A DNA stretch of 46,284 nt from an uncultured Melioribacter sp. (GCA_964537965.1 CAZIDB010000004.1:1-46284); one strand, 5' to 3'; positions 37,489-46,250 are shown, numbered from the stretch's first letter. Notes: generated by a model not told the origin, from the letters alone. Made by a program: numbers and translations.

Positions 37489-38028
37489 CTATTGAAGCGT
37501 CATTACCAGTTTTTCAATGTTAGGCTCGGCATTCAACTCAACCGGTTTTGTATTATCGTCAAAGTGATATTTCTTTCTCTTCGGATATAACGTAACATCA
37601 AAATTTTTAATGATTGAATTGTTTGAAGAAAAAATGAACAACTGGCAGTGAGTATGTTGGCAAACGATTCTTGCCAGGTAAGATTTTTCTTCATCTGTTA
37701 AAGACATTGAAATGAATCCGGGGTGCAAATTTTCATCTGCTGCGGCAACATAAGTATTTCTTTTTGTAGCCATCTTTGTAAAGCCTATTGGAAAAAGCTC
37801 AACTTTATCTTTCAATCTATATGATGGTATTAAGCTTGCAATTTTCTTTCTTGCAGCAAGTGACAGGTCCTTGCTTAATTCATCATGCATTCCCGAATAA
37901 AAATTTATTGACTCTTTAAATTTCTCCTCAAGCATAATAATTTGCTTTTTCTCTTCGTCAAGCAAATGCCTAAAGAAGACAAAATTAAAAAGGTCAATTT
38001 CGGTTATATTCTCTTTTGTATGCGGCAT
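37489..38028 (-). CDS. Hypothetical protein (no recognisable family)
   Basis: 179-aa ORF with an ATG start, 69 bp downstream of the 337-aa ORF on the same strand. No signal peptide or TM helix. Contains a C-x-H-x-H-C cluster (VCQHTHCQ). Coding status rests only on ORF length and operon-like placement. Confidence 0.55.
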   Translation of the reverse strand: MPHTKENITEIDLFNFVFFRHLLDEEKKQIIMLEEKFKESINFYSGMHDELSKDLSLAARKKIASLIPSYRLKDKVELFPIGFTKMATKRNTYVAAADENLHPGFISMSLTDEEKSYLARIVCQHTHCQLFIFSSNNSIIKNFDVTLYPKRKKYHFDDNTKPVELNAEPNIEKLVMTLQ

Positions 38029-38097
38029 AATTGTAACTTCACCATATATTAATATACTCTTGTTTGCAGGGTTATCGGAAAATTCATAAAAAAATTT

Positions 38098-39111
38098 TTA
38101 AGCCTTATACAGTTTTGCCATTTCTTTCTTATATAATTTGTCAAGATATTCAAATGTATTCCTGTATTTCTCATTGAATTTACTTACTGTCAGGTTTTTA
38201 TAATACGGCTTTAAATACTCAAAAAGCATTCTTTTCGTTCCGCTGAATTTAAGATCTTCCGAAATATCCTTTAGTGCCATGCTGTAAATCCGGAATTCCT
38301 TCCCACTGATTTTTTCTTTCTTCAAATACGATTCTTCCAGTTTCCTGAGTGTATTTTGCAGACCAAGATCAAGAATTTCATCAACTAACTGCTTAGATAA
38401 AAAGGGAGCTTCTTCTGCGGCCGGTTGTTTAAAATATTCAGATTTAATTTCTACTAACCGCCATGTTAACTGATATAAGGGGATTGCCGGTTGATAATTC
38501 TTTTTTCCAAGGAACTTGTAAATTTCCATGAACATCTTTTTATCTTCGGTAAAATAGCTGAAAGGTATAGACTGGAAATCCTCATCAGGAATCATCTTTC
38601 CATTAGATTTCTTGAATCCTTTTTTAACAATATACGTCTGCCCTCTGTACGTTATCTTTTGAAGCTTATACAAACCAATATAATAATAAACCGAATCGAG
38701 TGTTTTATTGAAAAACGGATTGGACTCTTTGTAAATATCACCGAGTAGCTGCTTTGTTTTCTTCTGTATAATTTTGTTAAGAAAAAAGCTCGCATCATTT
38801 TCGCTTTCAATTTTCGGCGTCCAGTTATAAAAAGATTTTTTAAGAGAGCTGAATTCACCCAGGCTGTTAACAAGAAAAATCGGCGAAATTGATCTTACTG
38901 CAATATCGAATGTATCAACAAAATCATCTTTCAAACGATAAACAAGTTTGTCCTTTTCATTCAATACGTAATGATGCGCTATCCGGCAGGAGAATTCAAT
39001 AAATTTATTTAATTCAGACCTTGATATTTCACCGGCAAATATCTGCTGTAATGTTTTTAAGACATTTACGGAACGACTTTTTCTGATCATTAAATTATTC
39101 TTTACCGGCAA
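38098..39111 (-). CDS. Hypothetical protein (no recognisable family)
   Basis: 337-aa ORF. The track start at 39111 is a TTG; the first ATG (MIRKSR) is at 39090. Lys/Glu/Phe/Tyr-rich and predicted helical. No Walker, nuclease or signal-peptide motifs seen. Confidence 0.6.
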   Translation of the reverse strand: MPVKNNLMIRKSRSVNVLKTLQQIFAGEISRSELNKFIEFSCRIAHHYVLNEKDKLVYRLKDDFVDTFDIAVRSISPIFLVNSLGEFSSLKKSFYNWTPKIESENDASFFLNKIIQKKTKQLLGDIYKESNPFFNKTLDSVYYYIGLYKLQKITYRGQTYIVKKGFKKSNGKMIPDEDFQSIPFSYFTEDKKMFMEIYKFLGKKNYQPAIPLYQLTWRLVEIKSEYFKQPAAEEAPFLSKQLVDEILDLGLQNTLRKLEESYLKKEKISGKEFRIYSMALKDISEDLKFSGTKRMLFEYLKPYYKNLTVSKFNEKYRNTFEYLDKLYKKEMAKLYKA

Positions 39112-39308
39112 ATTTTATTAATGAAATATCAGCATAAAGGAAACACAAAACCCATGATTTTTTGGTACAAATTATAGTAAAAAGAATATAGAAAATCATA
39201 TCTAAAAAATATTTTAATTGACGAACAAAATTTCTATCAATTAAAAAATTTCCGGAACAGAATTTCATTTAATAACCAGGGAGCTTTGCCAAAACTTAAA
39301 GTAAAGTT

Positions 39309-39914
39309 TTATTTATGACGGGAGGATAAGTTCTCAACTATTTCTGAAAACTCTATTTTCTGATCAACAAGCATAACGAACAAATGATAGATCAGGTCAG
39401 AAACCTCATTAATAATTTCCGCCCGGTCATGGTTCTTTGCAGCAATAACGGTTTCAATGGCTTCTTCTCCCACTTTTTGTATAATCCTGTTCTCACCGGA
39501 TTTAAATAATGATGTAGTATAAGATTTTTCCGGAAGCTGGATACTTCTTTCTTTTATTAAAGAGAAAAGTTCATTAAGAAATTCCAGTGACATTTTCTTT
39601 TCCACACCAAAGCAGGAATAATCCCCCGTGTGGCATGTATTACCGGAAGGTACAGCATAAACCAGCAATGAATCATAATCGCAGTCAGCTTTGATATCAA
39701 TAAGCTTAAGAAAGTTTCCTGATGTTTCTCCTTTTGTCCAGAGAGAATTTCTTGTGCGGCTGAAAAATGTAACTAACCCGGTTTCAATTGTTTTCTTCAA
39801 TGCTTCTTCATTCATAAAGCCAAGCATTAAAACTGCAAGGTTGTTATTATCAACAATGACAGCAGGAATCAATCCGTTTAGTTTTGAGAAGTTAAGCTTA
39901 TAAATATCGATCAT
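39309..39914 (-). CDS. hisI: Bifunctional phosphoribosyl-AMP cyclohydrolase / phosphoribosyl-ATP pyrophosphatase
   Basis: 201-aa ORF. HisI part: GLIPAVIVD..LMLGFMNEEAL..SRTRNSLWTKGETSGN..DCDYDSLL..CHTGDYSCF. HisE part: LIKERS..SYTTSLF..KVGEEAIETVIA..EVSDLIYHLFVML. Confidence 0.92.
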   Translation of the reverse strand: MIDIYKLNFSKLNGLIPAVIVDNNNLAVLMLGFMNEEALKKTIETGLVTFFSRTRNSLWTKGETSGNFLKLIDIKADCDYDSLLVYAVPSGNTCHTGDYSCFGVEKKMSLEFLNELFSLIKERSIQLPEKSYTTSLFKSGENRIIQKVGEEAIETVIAAKNHDRAEIINEVSDLIYHLFVMLVDQKIEFSEIVENLSSRHK

Positions 39915-39937
39915 AATTATATTGTTCTTTTATTTTT

Positions 39938-39957
39938 ATTTCTTCTTTGTGTCTTTG
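39938..39957 (+). repeat. Copy 2 of the 20-nt dispersed intergenic motif
   Basis: atttcttctttgtgtctttg lies inside the 104-bp hisF-hisIE spacer. It matches 19/20 with 25117-25136. Confidence 0.6.
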
Positions 39958-40018
39958 AGTCTTAGCGGTAAGTTTTCATTGCTTTTTTTGACTGAAAGTA
40001 ACTATGCCAACTAAGTCT

Positions 40019-40774
40019 TTATATCCGTACTTTAATTCCGTTTTCTTTCAGATATTCTTTTAATTCACGAATCTTCAGAATATCAAAGTGGAATAAGCTT
40101 GCAGCAAGGCATGCTTCTACATTGGTTTCTTTAAAAGCTTCCAGGAAATGTTCTTTGATACCGGCGCCGCCAGATGCAATAACCGGAATGCGTACCATCT
40201 CCGTTAACTTTTTAAGAAATGAAATATCGTAACCGGCTTTGGTACCGTCTCTGTCCATTGACGTAAGCAGTATTTCTCCTGCTCCGAGATTCTCTGCCTC
40301 CTTACACCAACTGAATCCTTCTAATGTTGTTTCTTCCCTTCCGCCTTTTATAAAAACTTTATAAACATCGTTCACAAATTTCACATCTATTGCGGCTACA
40401 ACCGCCTGACTGCCAAATTGTTTAGCTGCCTTGGTAATTAATTCCGGATTATTAACTATAGAAGTATTAAGAGATACTTTGTCTGCACCTGCTTTTAACA
40501 ATGCTTCAATATCTTTAAGCTCGGATATGCCACCGCCAACTGTAAACGGAATTCTAATTGCCTTCGCAACTTTTTCAACAAGATGCATTAATATTTTTCT
40601 TTTTTCCGATGAAGCTGTGATATCAAGGAATACAAGTTCATCTGCACTTTCATTTGTATATCTTGATGCAAGTTCAACTGCATCACCGGCTTCAACAAGA
40701 TTAACAAAGTTAGTTCCTTTCACAACCCTGCCGTCTTTAACATCAAGACACGGAATAATTCTTTTACTTACCAA
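40019..40774 (-). CDS. hisF: Imidazole glycerol phosphate synthase, cyclase subunit
   Basis: 251-aa ORF with KRIIPCLDVKDGRVVKG, ADELVFLDITAS, PFTVGGGI, ADKVSLNT and VIASGGAG. Confidence 0.95.
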   Translation of the reverse strand: MVSKRIIPCLDVKDGRVVKGTNFVNLVEAGDAVELASRYTNESADELVFLDITASSEKRKILMHLVEKVAKAIRIPFTVGGGISELKDIEALLKAGADKVSLNTSIVNNPELITKAAKQFGSQAVVAAIDVKFVNDVYKVFIKGGREETTLEGFSWCKEAENLGAGEILLTSMDRDGTKAGYDISFLKKLTEMVRIPVIASGGAGIKEHFLEAFKETNVEACLAASLFHFDILKIRELKEYLKENGIKVRI

Positions 40775-41483
40775 ATTTTTTCAACTCCTGTAGTTCAATT
40801 TTGTTTTCATATATTGCTTTACCGATAACAACTCCATGCACATTCAAACCGGCTAATGCATTCACATCGTTAATATCTTTAACTCCGCCGGAGGCAATTA
40901 AATTTATGTCCGGATATTTTTCTATCAACTTACCGTAAAGTTTCAGGTTTGTTCCTTTAAGCATCCCGTCGGTGGAAATATCAGTACATAAATAAGTATC
41001 AAGACCTTTGCTTTTACAATATTCAATATGTTCATAGATTGATACGGAAGTATTTTCCGTCCAACCTTTCACGGCAATCATTTCGTCTTTAACATCCGCC
41101 GCAACAATAATTTTATCTGCACCAAAATCAGAAATGATTTTTTCAAATTCGTTTTTATCCTGGATTGAAAGCGAACCGATAATTACTTTATCAATACCCA
41201 GCGCAAGCAGTGTAGCTACATTATCATAGCTTCTGATGCCGCCGCCAAATTCAATCTTAAGGTTTGATTCGGATTTAATCCCGAGAATAATTTCGCTTAC
41301 CGAAATAGTGCCGGTTCTGGAACCGTTCAGATCAACAAGGTGAAGCCATTCAAATCCGTTTGATTCATAAAGTTTTGCCTGCTCAATCGGAGAGTTGGGA
41401 TAAAACTCAACTCTGTTAAAATCTCCTTTGCTCAGGCGAACAATTTTGTTATCAATAATATCTATTGCAGGAATAACAATCAT
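40764..41483 (-). CDS. hisA: ProFAR isomerase (1-(5-phosphoribosyl)-5-[(5-phosphoribosylamino)methylideneamino]imidazole-4-carboxamide isomerase)
   Basis: 239-aa ORF with MIVIPAIDIIDNKIVRLSKGDF, LHLVDLNG, IEFGGGIRS, TDISTDGMLKG and IASGGV. Overlaps hisF by 11 bp. Confidence 0.92.
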   Translation of the reverse strand: MIVIPAIDIIDNKIVRLSKGDFNRVEFYPNSPIEQAKLYESNGFEWLHLVDLNGSRTGTISVSEIILGIKSESNLKIEFGGGIRSYDNVATLLALGIDKVIIGSLSIQDKNEFEKIISDFGADKIIVAADVKDEMIAVKGWTENTSVSIYEHIEYCKSKGLDTYLCTDISTDGMLKGTNLKLYGKLIEKYPDINLIASGGVKDINDVNALAGLNVHGVVIGKAIYENKIELQELKKFGK

Positions 41484-42067
41484 ACAAGCTCTACAAAATT
41501 TTTAAGAAGCCTTAAACCTGCGTCACCGGATTTTTCGGGATGAAACTGAACGCCATAATAATTATCCTTTTCAACCGAAGCGGAAAATTCAATTCCATGA
41601 TTTACAGTACCAGTTGTCCATTCATTTAAAGGAAAATAGTATGAATGAGCAAAATAAAAATATTCACTGTTCTTAATCCCGTTAAACAGTTTTGTTTCTT
41701 TAACCTGATTTACCTCGTTCCAACCCATATGCGGCACAGTAGATTTTGAAGAATCAAATTTGTCCACTGTTCCCGGAACAACGCCAAGACAATTTACATT
41801 ACCTTCAGTTGATTTATCTGCAAACAACTGCATGCCAAGACAAATACCTAAAACCGGCCGCCTGAAAATTCTCAGCAAATTAATAAGGTTGTACCTGTGC
41901 AATTGTTTTATTGTAAACGAAGCCTCGCCAACGCCGGGAAAAATAACTTTATCTGCTTTGCAGATATTAAATTCTGCGTTAGTAAGAAAGAATTCCGTGT
42001 TTAATGCTTTAAGTGCATTTGCAACTGAAGCAGTATTGCCTGCACCGTAATCAATCAATGCAATCAT
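41480..42067 (-). CDS. hisH: Imidazole glycerol phosphate synthase, glutamine amidotransferase subunit
   Basis: 195-aa ORF with IALIDYGAGN, the nucleophile block PVLGICLGMQL, VPHMGWN and GVQFHPEKS. 4-bp overlaps with both neighbours. Confidence 0.95.
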   Translation of the reverse strand: MIALIDYGAGNTASVANALKALNTEFFLTNAEFNICKADKVIFPGVGEASFTIKQLHRYNLINLLRIFRRPVLGICLGMQLFADKSTEGNVNCLGVVPGTVDKFDSSKSTVPHMGWNEVNQVKETKLFNGIKNSEYFYFAHSYYFPLNEWTTGTVNHGIEFSASVEKDNYYGVQFHPEKSGDAGLRLLKNFVELV

Positions 42068-42957
42068 ATAACTCCTTTTGTAGAAGGCAATGAGCCTTCG
42101 CTTCTCTCATCAAAACGGCACGCTTCATTTAGCGCTTTGGCAAAAGCTTTAAACATCGCTTCAATCTTATGATGATCATTCTTTCCTTTTGCGCGAAGGA
42201 AGATATTCGTTTTCATTCCGGATGACAGACCTCTGAAAAACTCTTCAGTAAGCTCGGTTGGAAAGTCTCCAACCTTTTCACGTTTAAAGCTGCACTTAAA
42301 GTTAAGATAATTTCTACCGCTTAAATCAATTGCACACTTAGCGTTTGCTTCATCCATCGGCAGAAAGAAACCGTAACGTTTAATTCCTATTTTATTACCG
42401 AGCGCATCTGCCAAAGCAGTGCCTAAAGCAATTCCAACATCTTCTACAGTATGATGTTCATCTACGTTTAAGTCACCTTTAACAATCACTTCCAGATTAA
42501 TATTAGAATGTTTTGCAATTTGTTCAAGCATATGATCAAAAAATCCTATACCTGTTTCTATTTTTGATTTGCCTGAGCCGTCAAGAGTCAAATTAATTTT
42601 AATATCGGTTTCTTTTGTTTTGCGATGAATCTTTGCCGAACGCTGTTCACTCAAAATTAATTCGACCGCTTTAGAAAACGTGTTTATCTTAGTCTCGCTA
42701 CTTACAAGAATGGTTTTATAGTTTTCTTTTTCTGATTTTGTTTCAGTAATAAAATATCCTTGTTTGATATCCGTAACCAGATTGCCGAGAGTAATTCCTT
42801 CAGACAATAAAATTTTTTTTACCTGTTCATCAGGTTGATAATCTTCGGCTTCAAGAACAAAGTTCTTTTCTTTAAGTTTCTTCAACCCGGTAATCAATCC
42901 GTCTGAGATCAAAGGTTTGAACTCAAAAAAGGATTTGGCAAAAATAACTTTTTTCAT
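42064..42957 (-). CDS. hisB: Imidazoleglycerol-phosphate dehydratase with a ~105-aa degenerate HAD-like N-terminal extension
   Basis: 297-aa ORF. The IGPD core starts at about aa 106: RKTKETDIKINLTLDGSG, GIGFFDHMLEQIAKH, VDEHHTVEDVGIALG, GKNDHHKIEAMFKAFAKAL. The N-terminus MKKVIFAKSFFEF lacks the DxDGT phosphatase motif. Confidence 0.9.
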   Translation of the reverse strand: MKKVIFAKSFFEFKPLISDGLITGLKKLKEKNFVLEAEDYQPDEQVKKILLSEGITLGNLVTDIKQGYFITETKSEKENYKTILVSSETKINTFSKAVELILSEQRSAKIHRKTKETDIKINLTLDGSGKSKIETGIGFFDHMLEQIAKHSNINLEVIVKGDLNVDEHHTVEDVGIALGTALADALGNKIGIKRYGFFLPMDEANAKCAIDLSGRNYLNFKCSFKREKVGDFPTELTEEFFRGLSSGMKTNIFLRAKGKNDHHKIEAMFKAFAKALNEACRFDERSEGSLPSTKGVI

Positions 42958-44003
42958 AAAATCTTCTTAATTGAATTTAAAAATTTTTCGTTCTCTTCTC
43001 TTGTACCAATTGAAAGCCGCAAACAGTTCTCCAGCATTCGGTAAGAACTCCTGTCGCGGATAATTATCCCTTCATCTGCAAGCTGCTTTTGAACTTTACC
43101 TGCGTTTTCGCATTTAAACAAAACATAGTTTGCGTCGGAATCAAACACCTTGTATATGCCTTTCAGTTTCTGCAATTCGGCTTTAACTCTTTCCCTTTCA
43201 CTTAAAAGATGAGTAACAAATTCATCTTTTAATTTCCTGTTACCTATTGCTTTAACCAGAGCAAAACGTGTAAGAGAATTTATATTGTACGGTGTTTTTA
43301 CTTTGAAAAGGTAATCAATTATTAAGTTATCTGCCACGCAAAATCCAAGACGTATTCCTGCCAATCCCCACGCCTTTGAAAACGTTCTGAGGATAACAAG
43401 ATTTTTATAATTCTTAACTTCATCAACCAAAGAATTATCTTCGGCAAAATCCATGTATGCTTCATCCACAATTATAATTGAGTTGATGCTGCTGCAAAGC
43501 TTAAGAATATCTCTCCTGTTGATAAGGTTACCGGTTGGATTATTCGGTGAACAGAGAAAGATAAGTTTTACTCCCTCCAAATAATTCTGTTCTACATTTT
43601 GAAAATCAATCTGGAAGTCACTGTTCAGATCAACACTTATAGTATCAACATCATTAATGTCGCAGGCAACTTTATACATTCCATAAGTGGGATCAAGAAT
43701 CATCACTTTATCTTTACCGGGCACACAAAATATTCTTATAAGCAGGTCAATAATCTCATCGGAACCAACGCCAAAGAACAGGTTTGCATAATTAATAGAA
43801 TAAAGTTCTCCGACTAAAGTTCTCAAGTCGTGCTGTTTAGGATCCGGATAACGGTTCAGGTGCAACTCTTCAAATTCTGTTGCAGTTGTACCAAGACTAT
43901 TCTCGTTTGCATCAAGCAAAATACCTTCAGAATACTGATCTCTTGCCGATGTATACGGTTTAAGTTTTTTAATATTCTCTCTAACCAGATTTTCAATTTT
44001 CAT
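42954..44003 (-). CDS. hisC: Histidinol-phosphate aminotransferase
   Basis: 349-aa ORF with LDANENSLG, YPDP, CSPNNPTG, VIVDEAYMDF and the PLP-lysine block RTFSKAWGLAGIRLGF. Confidence 0.92.
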   Translation of the reverse strand: MKIENLVRENIKKLKPYTSARDQYSEGILLDANENSLGTTATEFEELHLNRYPDPKQHDLRTLVGELYSINYANLFFGVGSDEIIDLLIRIFCVPGKDKVMILDPTYGMYKVACDINDVDTISVDLNSDFQIDFQNVEQNYLEGVKLIFLCSPNNPTGNLINRRDILKLCSSINSIIIVDEAYMDFAEDNSLVDEVKNYKNLVILRTFSKAWGLAGIRLGFCVADNLIIDYLFKVKTPYNINSLTRFALVKAIGNRKLKDEFVTHLLSERERVKAELQKLKGIYKVFDSDANYVLFKCENAGKVQKQLADEGIIIRDRSSYRMLENCLRLSIGTREENEKFLNSIKKIL

Positions 44004-45286
44004 TTTTTCAACCTTATTGTTACGGCATTTTTGTGCGCAAATAGTGATTCAACTTCGGCTAAAGTTTCGACAGTTGATCCAATTCGCTTTAAACCTTCCT
44101 TTGTTAATGACTGGAATGTTATTCCTTTCATAAAACTTTCAACTGAAACTCCGCTGAAGCTTTTTGCATAGGCATAAGTTGGTAACGAGTGATTAGTTCC
44201 GGATGCATAATCGCCAACACTTTCAGGAGAATATTTACCGAGAAAAACTGAGCCTGCGTTGATAATATTTTCTTTGCAGCTCTCCGCATTTTCAAGATGA
44301 AGGATTAAATGTTCAGGGGCATAATTGTTTGAGAATGAAAACGCTTCATCAAAATTATTTACAAGTAAAGAAAAAGATTCCGTTAAGGCTTTCTCCGCAA
44401 ATTCTTTTCTTGGCAGAACTGAAAGCTGTTTCACTAATTCTGTCTGAACGTCTTCAATTATATTTTGAGAATTGCTAATAAGTACAACCTGTGAATCGGC
44501 ACCATGTTCTGCCTGGGATAAAAGATCGGCTGCTATAAATTCAGGATCAGCATTTTTGTCGGCAATAATCAAAACTTCGCTTGGTCCCGCCGGCATATCG
44601 ATGGCGCAGCCTTCAGCATCAATACTAACTAATAATTTTGCTGCTGTTACAAACTGATTGCCGGGACCAAATATTTTATCAACCTTCTTTACCCGTTCAT
44701 CACCATAAGCCAGCAAAGCAATTGCCTGTGCCCCACCTATTTTATAAAATTCAGTTACACCTGCCAGCTTGGCAGCAAACAAAACTTCATCATTCACTTT
44801 ATTATTTTTTGAAGGCGAGCAGGCGACAATTCTTTTACAGCCAGCAAGTTTTGCCGGAATACCAAGCATAAGCATAGTAGACGGAAGAACAGCATTACCA
44901 CCGGGAATATATAAGCCGACATTCTGAATTGCACGAAACTCGCGGGAGCATTTTACTCCGGGCATGGTTTCTACTTCAAAAGTTTCCGGCAATTCCATTT
45001 TATGAAATGCTTCAATATTCTTTGCGGCAGTTTTTAATGCTTCCTTAACCGTATCAGAAAGATTGCTTTCGGCTTTCTCAAACTCTTCATTCGTAACTAA
45101 AATATTCTCACCGGTAAACTTATCAAATTTTTCCGCGTACTTAATTGCAGCATTCAAACCGTTTTTCTTTATATCTGCCAATATTGGTTTAACAACCTCA
45201 ATTGTTTCATCAATATTGATTGACGGACGCTTATACAGTTTCAAGATTTCATTACTTGAAAGATCATTTAGTTTATAGGCTTTCAT
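44000..45286 (-). CDS. hisD: Histidinol dehydrogenase
   Basis: 428-aa ORF with GLYIPGG, IGGAQAIALLAYG, KIFGPGNQFVTAAK, AGPSEVLIIAD, LLSQAEHG and GDYASGTNHSLPT. Confidence 0.95.
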   Translation of the reverse strand: MKAYKLNDLSSNEILKLYKRPSINIDETIEVVKPILADIKKNGLNAAIKYAEKFDKFTGENILVTNEEFEKAESNLSDTVKEALKTAAKNIEAFHKMELPETFEVETMPGVKCSREFRAIQNVGLYIPGGNAVLPSTMLMLGIPAKLAGCKRIVACSPSKNNKVNDEVLFAAKLAGVTEFYKIGGAQAIALLAYGDERVKKVDKIFGPGNQFVTAAKLLVSIDAEGCAIDMPAGPSEVLIIADKNADPEFIAADLLSQAEHGADSQVVLISNSQNIIEDVQTELVKQLSVLPRKEFAEKALTESFSLLVNNFDEAFSFSNNYAPEHLILHLENAESCKENIINAGSVFLGKYSPESVGDYASGTNHSLPTYAYAKSFSGVSVESFMKGITFQSLTKEGLKRIGSTVETLAEVESLFAHKNAVTIRLKK

Positions 45287-45295
45287 TTCTGCTTC

Positions 45296-46165
45296 TCATA
45301 TTATCATGTTTTCAATAGGGAATAATAAAATGCCTGATGCACCCGCAGCTTTAAGATCTCCGATAATCTTCCAGAATTGTTCAGAAGGAATTACTGCGTG
45401 AACAGCTAATGATTCTTCATCTGCAAGATGTAAAATAGTAGGACTTTTAAGCGAAGGTATAAGTCCTATTACCTTATCAAGATTTTTTTTAGGAACGTTC
45501 ATCATTAAATATTTCGAATTCTTTGCTGAAAGAACAGACCTGATTCTAAGCAGTAAATCATTCAACACCGTAAATTTTTCTTTATCTTCCTGTAACCATT
45601 TGTTGGAAATTAAGACTGCTTCCGATTCAAACACGGTAAAAGACTTTTTCAGTTTGTTCATCATTAAAGTTGTTCCGGTGGAAACAATGTCACAGATTAA
45701 ATCTGCAACACCAAGAGAAGGAGCAATTTCAACAGAACCGCTAATTTCAATTACCTTTGAATCAATCTTATTTTCTGCGAGATATTTTTTAAGAATATTG
45801 GGATATGATGTTGCTATAGTTTTGTCTTTAAGATCAGAAGGTTTTTCCGGTACATTGTCATTCGGTGCGGCAATCATCAAACGGCATCTGCCAAAACCGA
45901 GTTTCTCGCTTATAATTAAATCTGACTGCTTCTCATAAACAACATCTTCACCTACAATTCCGATATCTGCAACGCCATCCTGAACATATTCTGGAATATC
46001 ATCATCCCTGAGGAAAAGCAAATCTACATTATAATTACGAACAGTAACCATAAGTCTTTCAGAATAAGTTTCGATATCAAGCCCGCAGTGCTTCAGCAAC
46101 TCAATTGAGCGATCCGACAATCTTCCTTTTTTCTGCAAAGCCAATTTCAAATTTCCGTTTTCCAT
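45296..46165 (-). CDS. hisG: ATP phosphoribosyltransferase, long form with C-terminal regulatory domain
   Basis: 289-aa ORF with LKLALQKKGRLSD, LFLRDDDIPEYVQDGVADIGIVG and DIVSTGTTL, plus a C-terminal ~80-aa HisG_C-like region (KYLMMNVPK...AVHAVI). At this length no hisZ partner is needed. Confidence 0.93.
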   Translation of the reverse strand: MENGNLKLALQKKGRLSDRSIELLKHCGLDIETYSERLMVTVRNYNVDLLFLRDDDIPEYVQDGVADIGIVGEDVVYEKQSDLIISEKLGFGRCRLMIAAPNDNVPEKPSDLKDKTIATSYPNILKKYLAENKIDSKVIEISGSVEIAPSLGVADLICDIVSTGTTLMMNKLKKSFTVFESEAVLISNKWLQEDKEKFTVLNDLLLRIRSVLSAKNSKYLMMNVPKKNLDKVIGLIPSLKSPTILHLADEESLAVHAVIPSEQFWKIIGDLKAAGASGILLFPIENMII

Positions 46166-46186
46166 AATAAATCCTATTCATTATTT

Positions 46187-46214
46187 AAAATAAAAAACCC
46201 CGAGTGTGTCGGGG
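46187..46214 (-). terminator. Attenuator terminator upstream of hisG
   Basis: Minus strand: CCCCGA-cacac-TCGGGG (46214..46198), extendable by an AA/TT pair, followed by TTTTTTATTTT (46197..46187). It ends 21 nt before the hisG ATG. Confidence 0.75.
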
Positions 46215-46250
46215 TTAAGATGTATAATTTCAGATGTAATAAACCGACAC
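46206..46250 (-). promoter_or_regulatory. Antiterminator alternative of the his attenuator
   Basis: Minus strand: GTGTCGG (46250..46244) is complementary to CCGACAC (46212..46206). The latter covers 4 nt of the terminator 5' arm plus 3 loop nt, so the two structures are mutually exclusive. Confidence 0.6.

Noticed and set aside
39201-39244. Hairpin ttaattga-(15 nt)-tcaattaa followed on the minus strand by AAATATTTTTT, considered as the his operon terminator
   Set aside because: The stem has 8 bp with a single G-C pair and a 15-nt loop, which is too weak to call. The real terminator of hisIE is not identifiable by eye.
37326-39308. Possible mobile element or genomic islet around the two hypothetical genes
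   Set aside because: No integrase, transposase, tRNA target, terminal inverted repeats or direct-repeat scars were found. The compositional difference is only suggested by a few hand counts.
40764-40774. 11-bp hisA/hisF overlap considered as a possible frameshift or fusion
   Set aside because: Both ORFs are full length with intact N- and C-terminal family motifs. Short overlaps are normal translational coupling in this operon.
40431-40793. 120-aa plus-strand ORF inside hisF, and similar ORFs at 41760-42050, 43830-44171 and 45600-45938 inside hisH, hisC/hisD and hisG
   Set aside because: All are antisense to strongly supported his genes, and their translations are low-complexity with no recognisable motifs.
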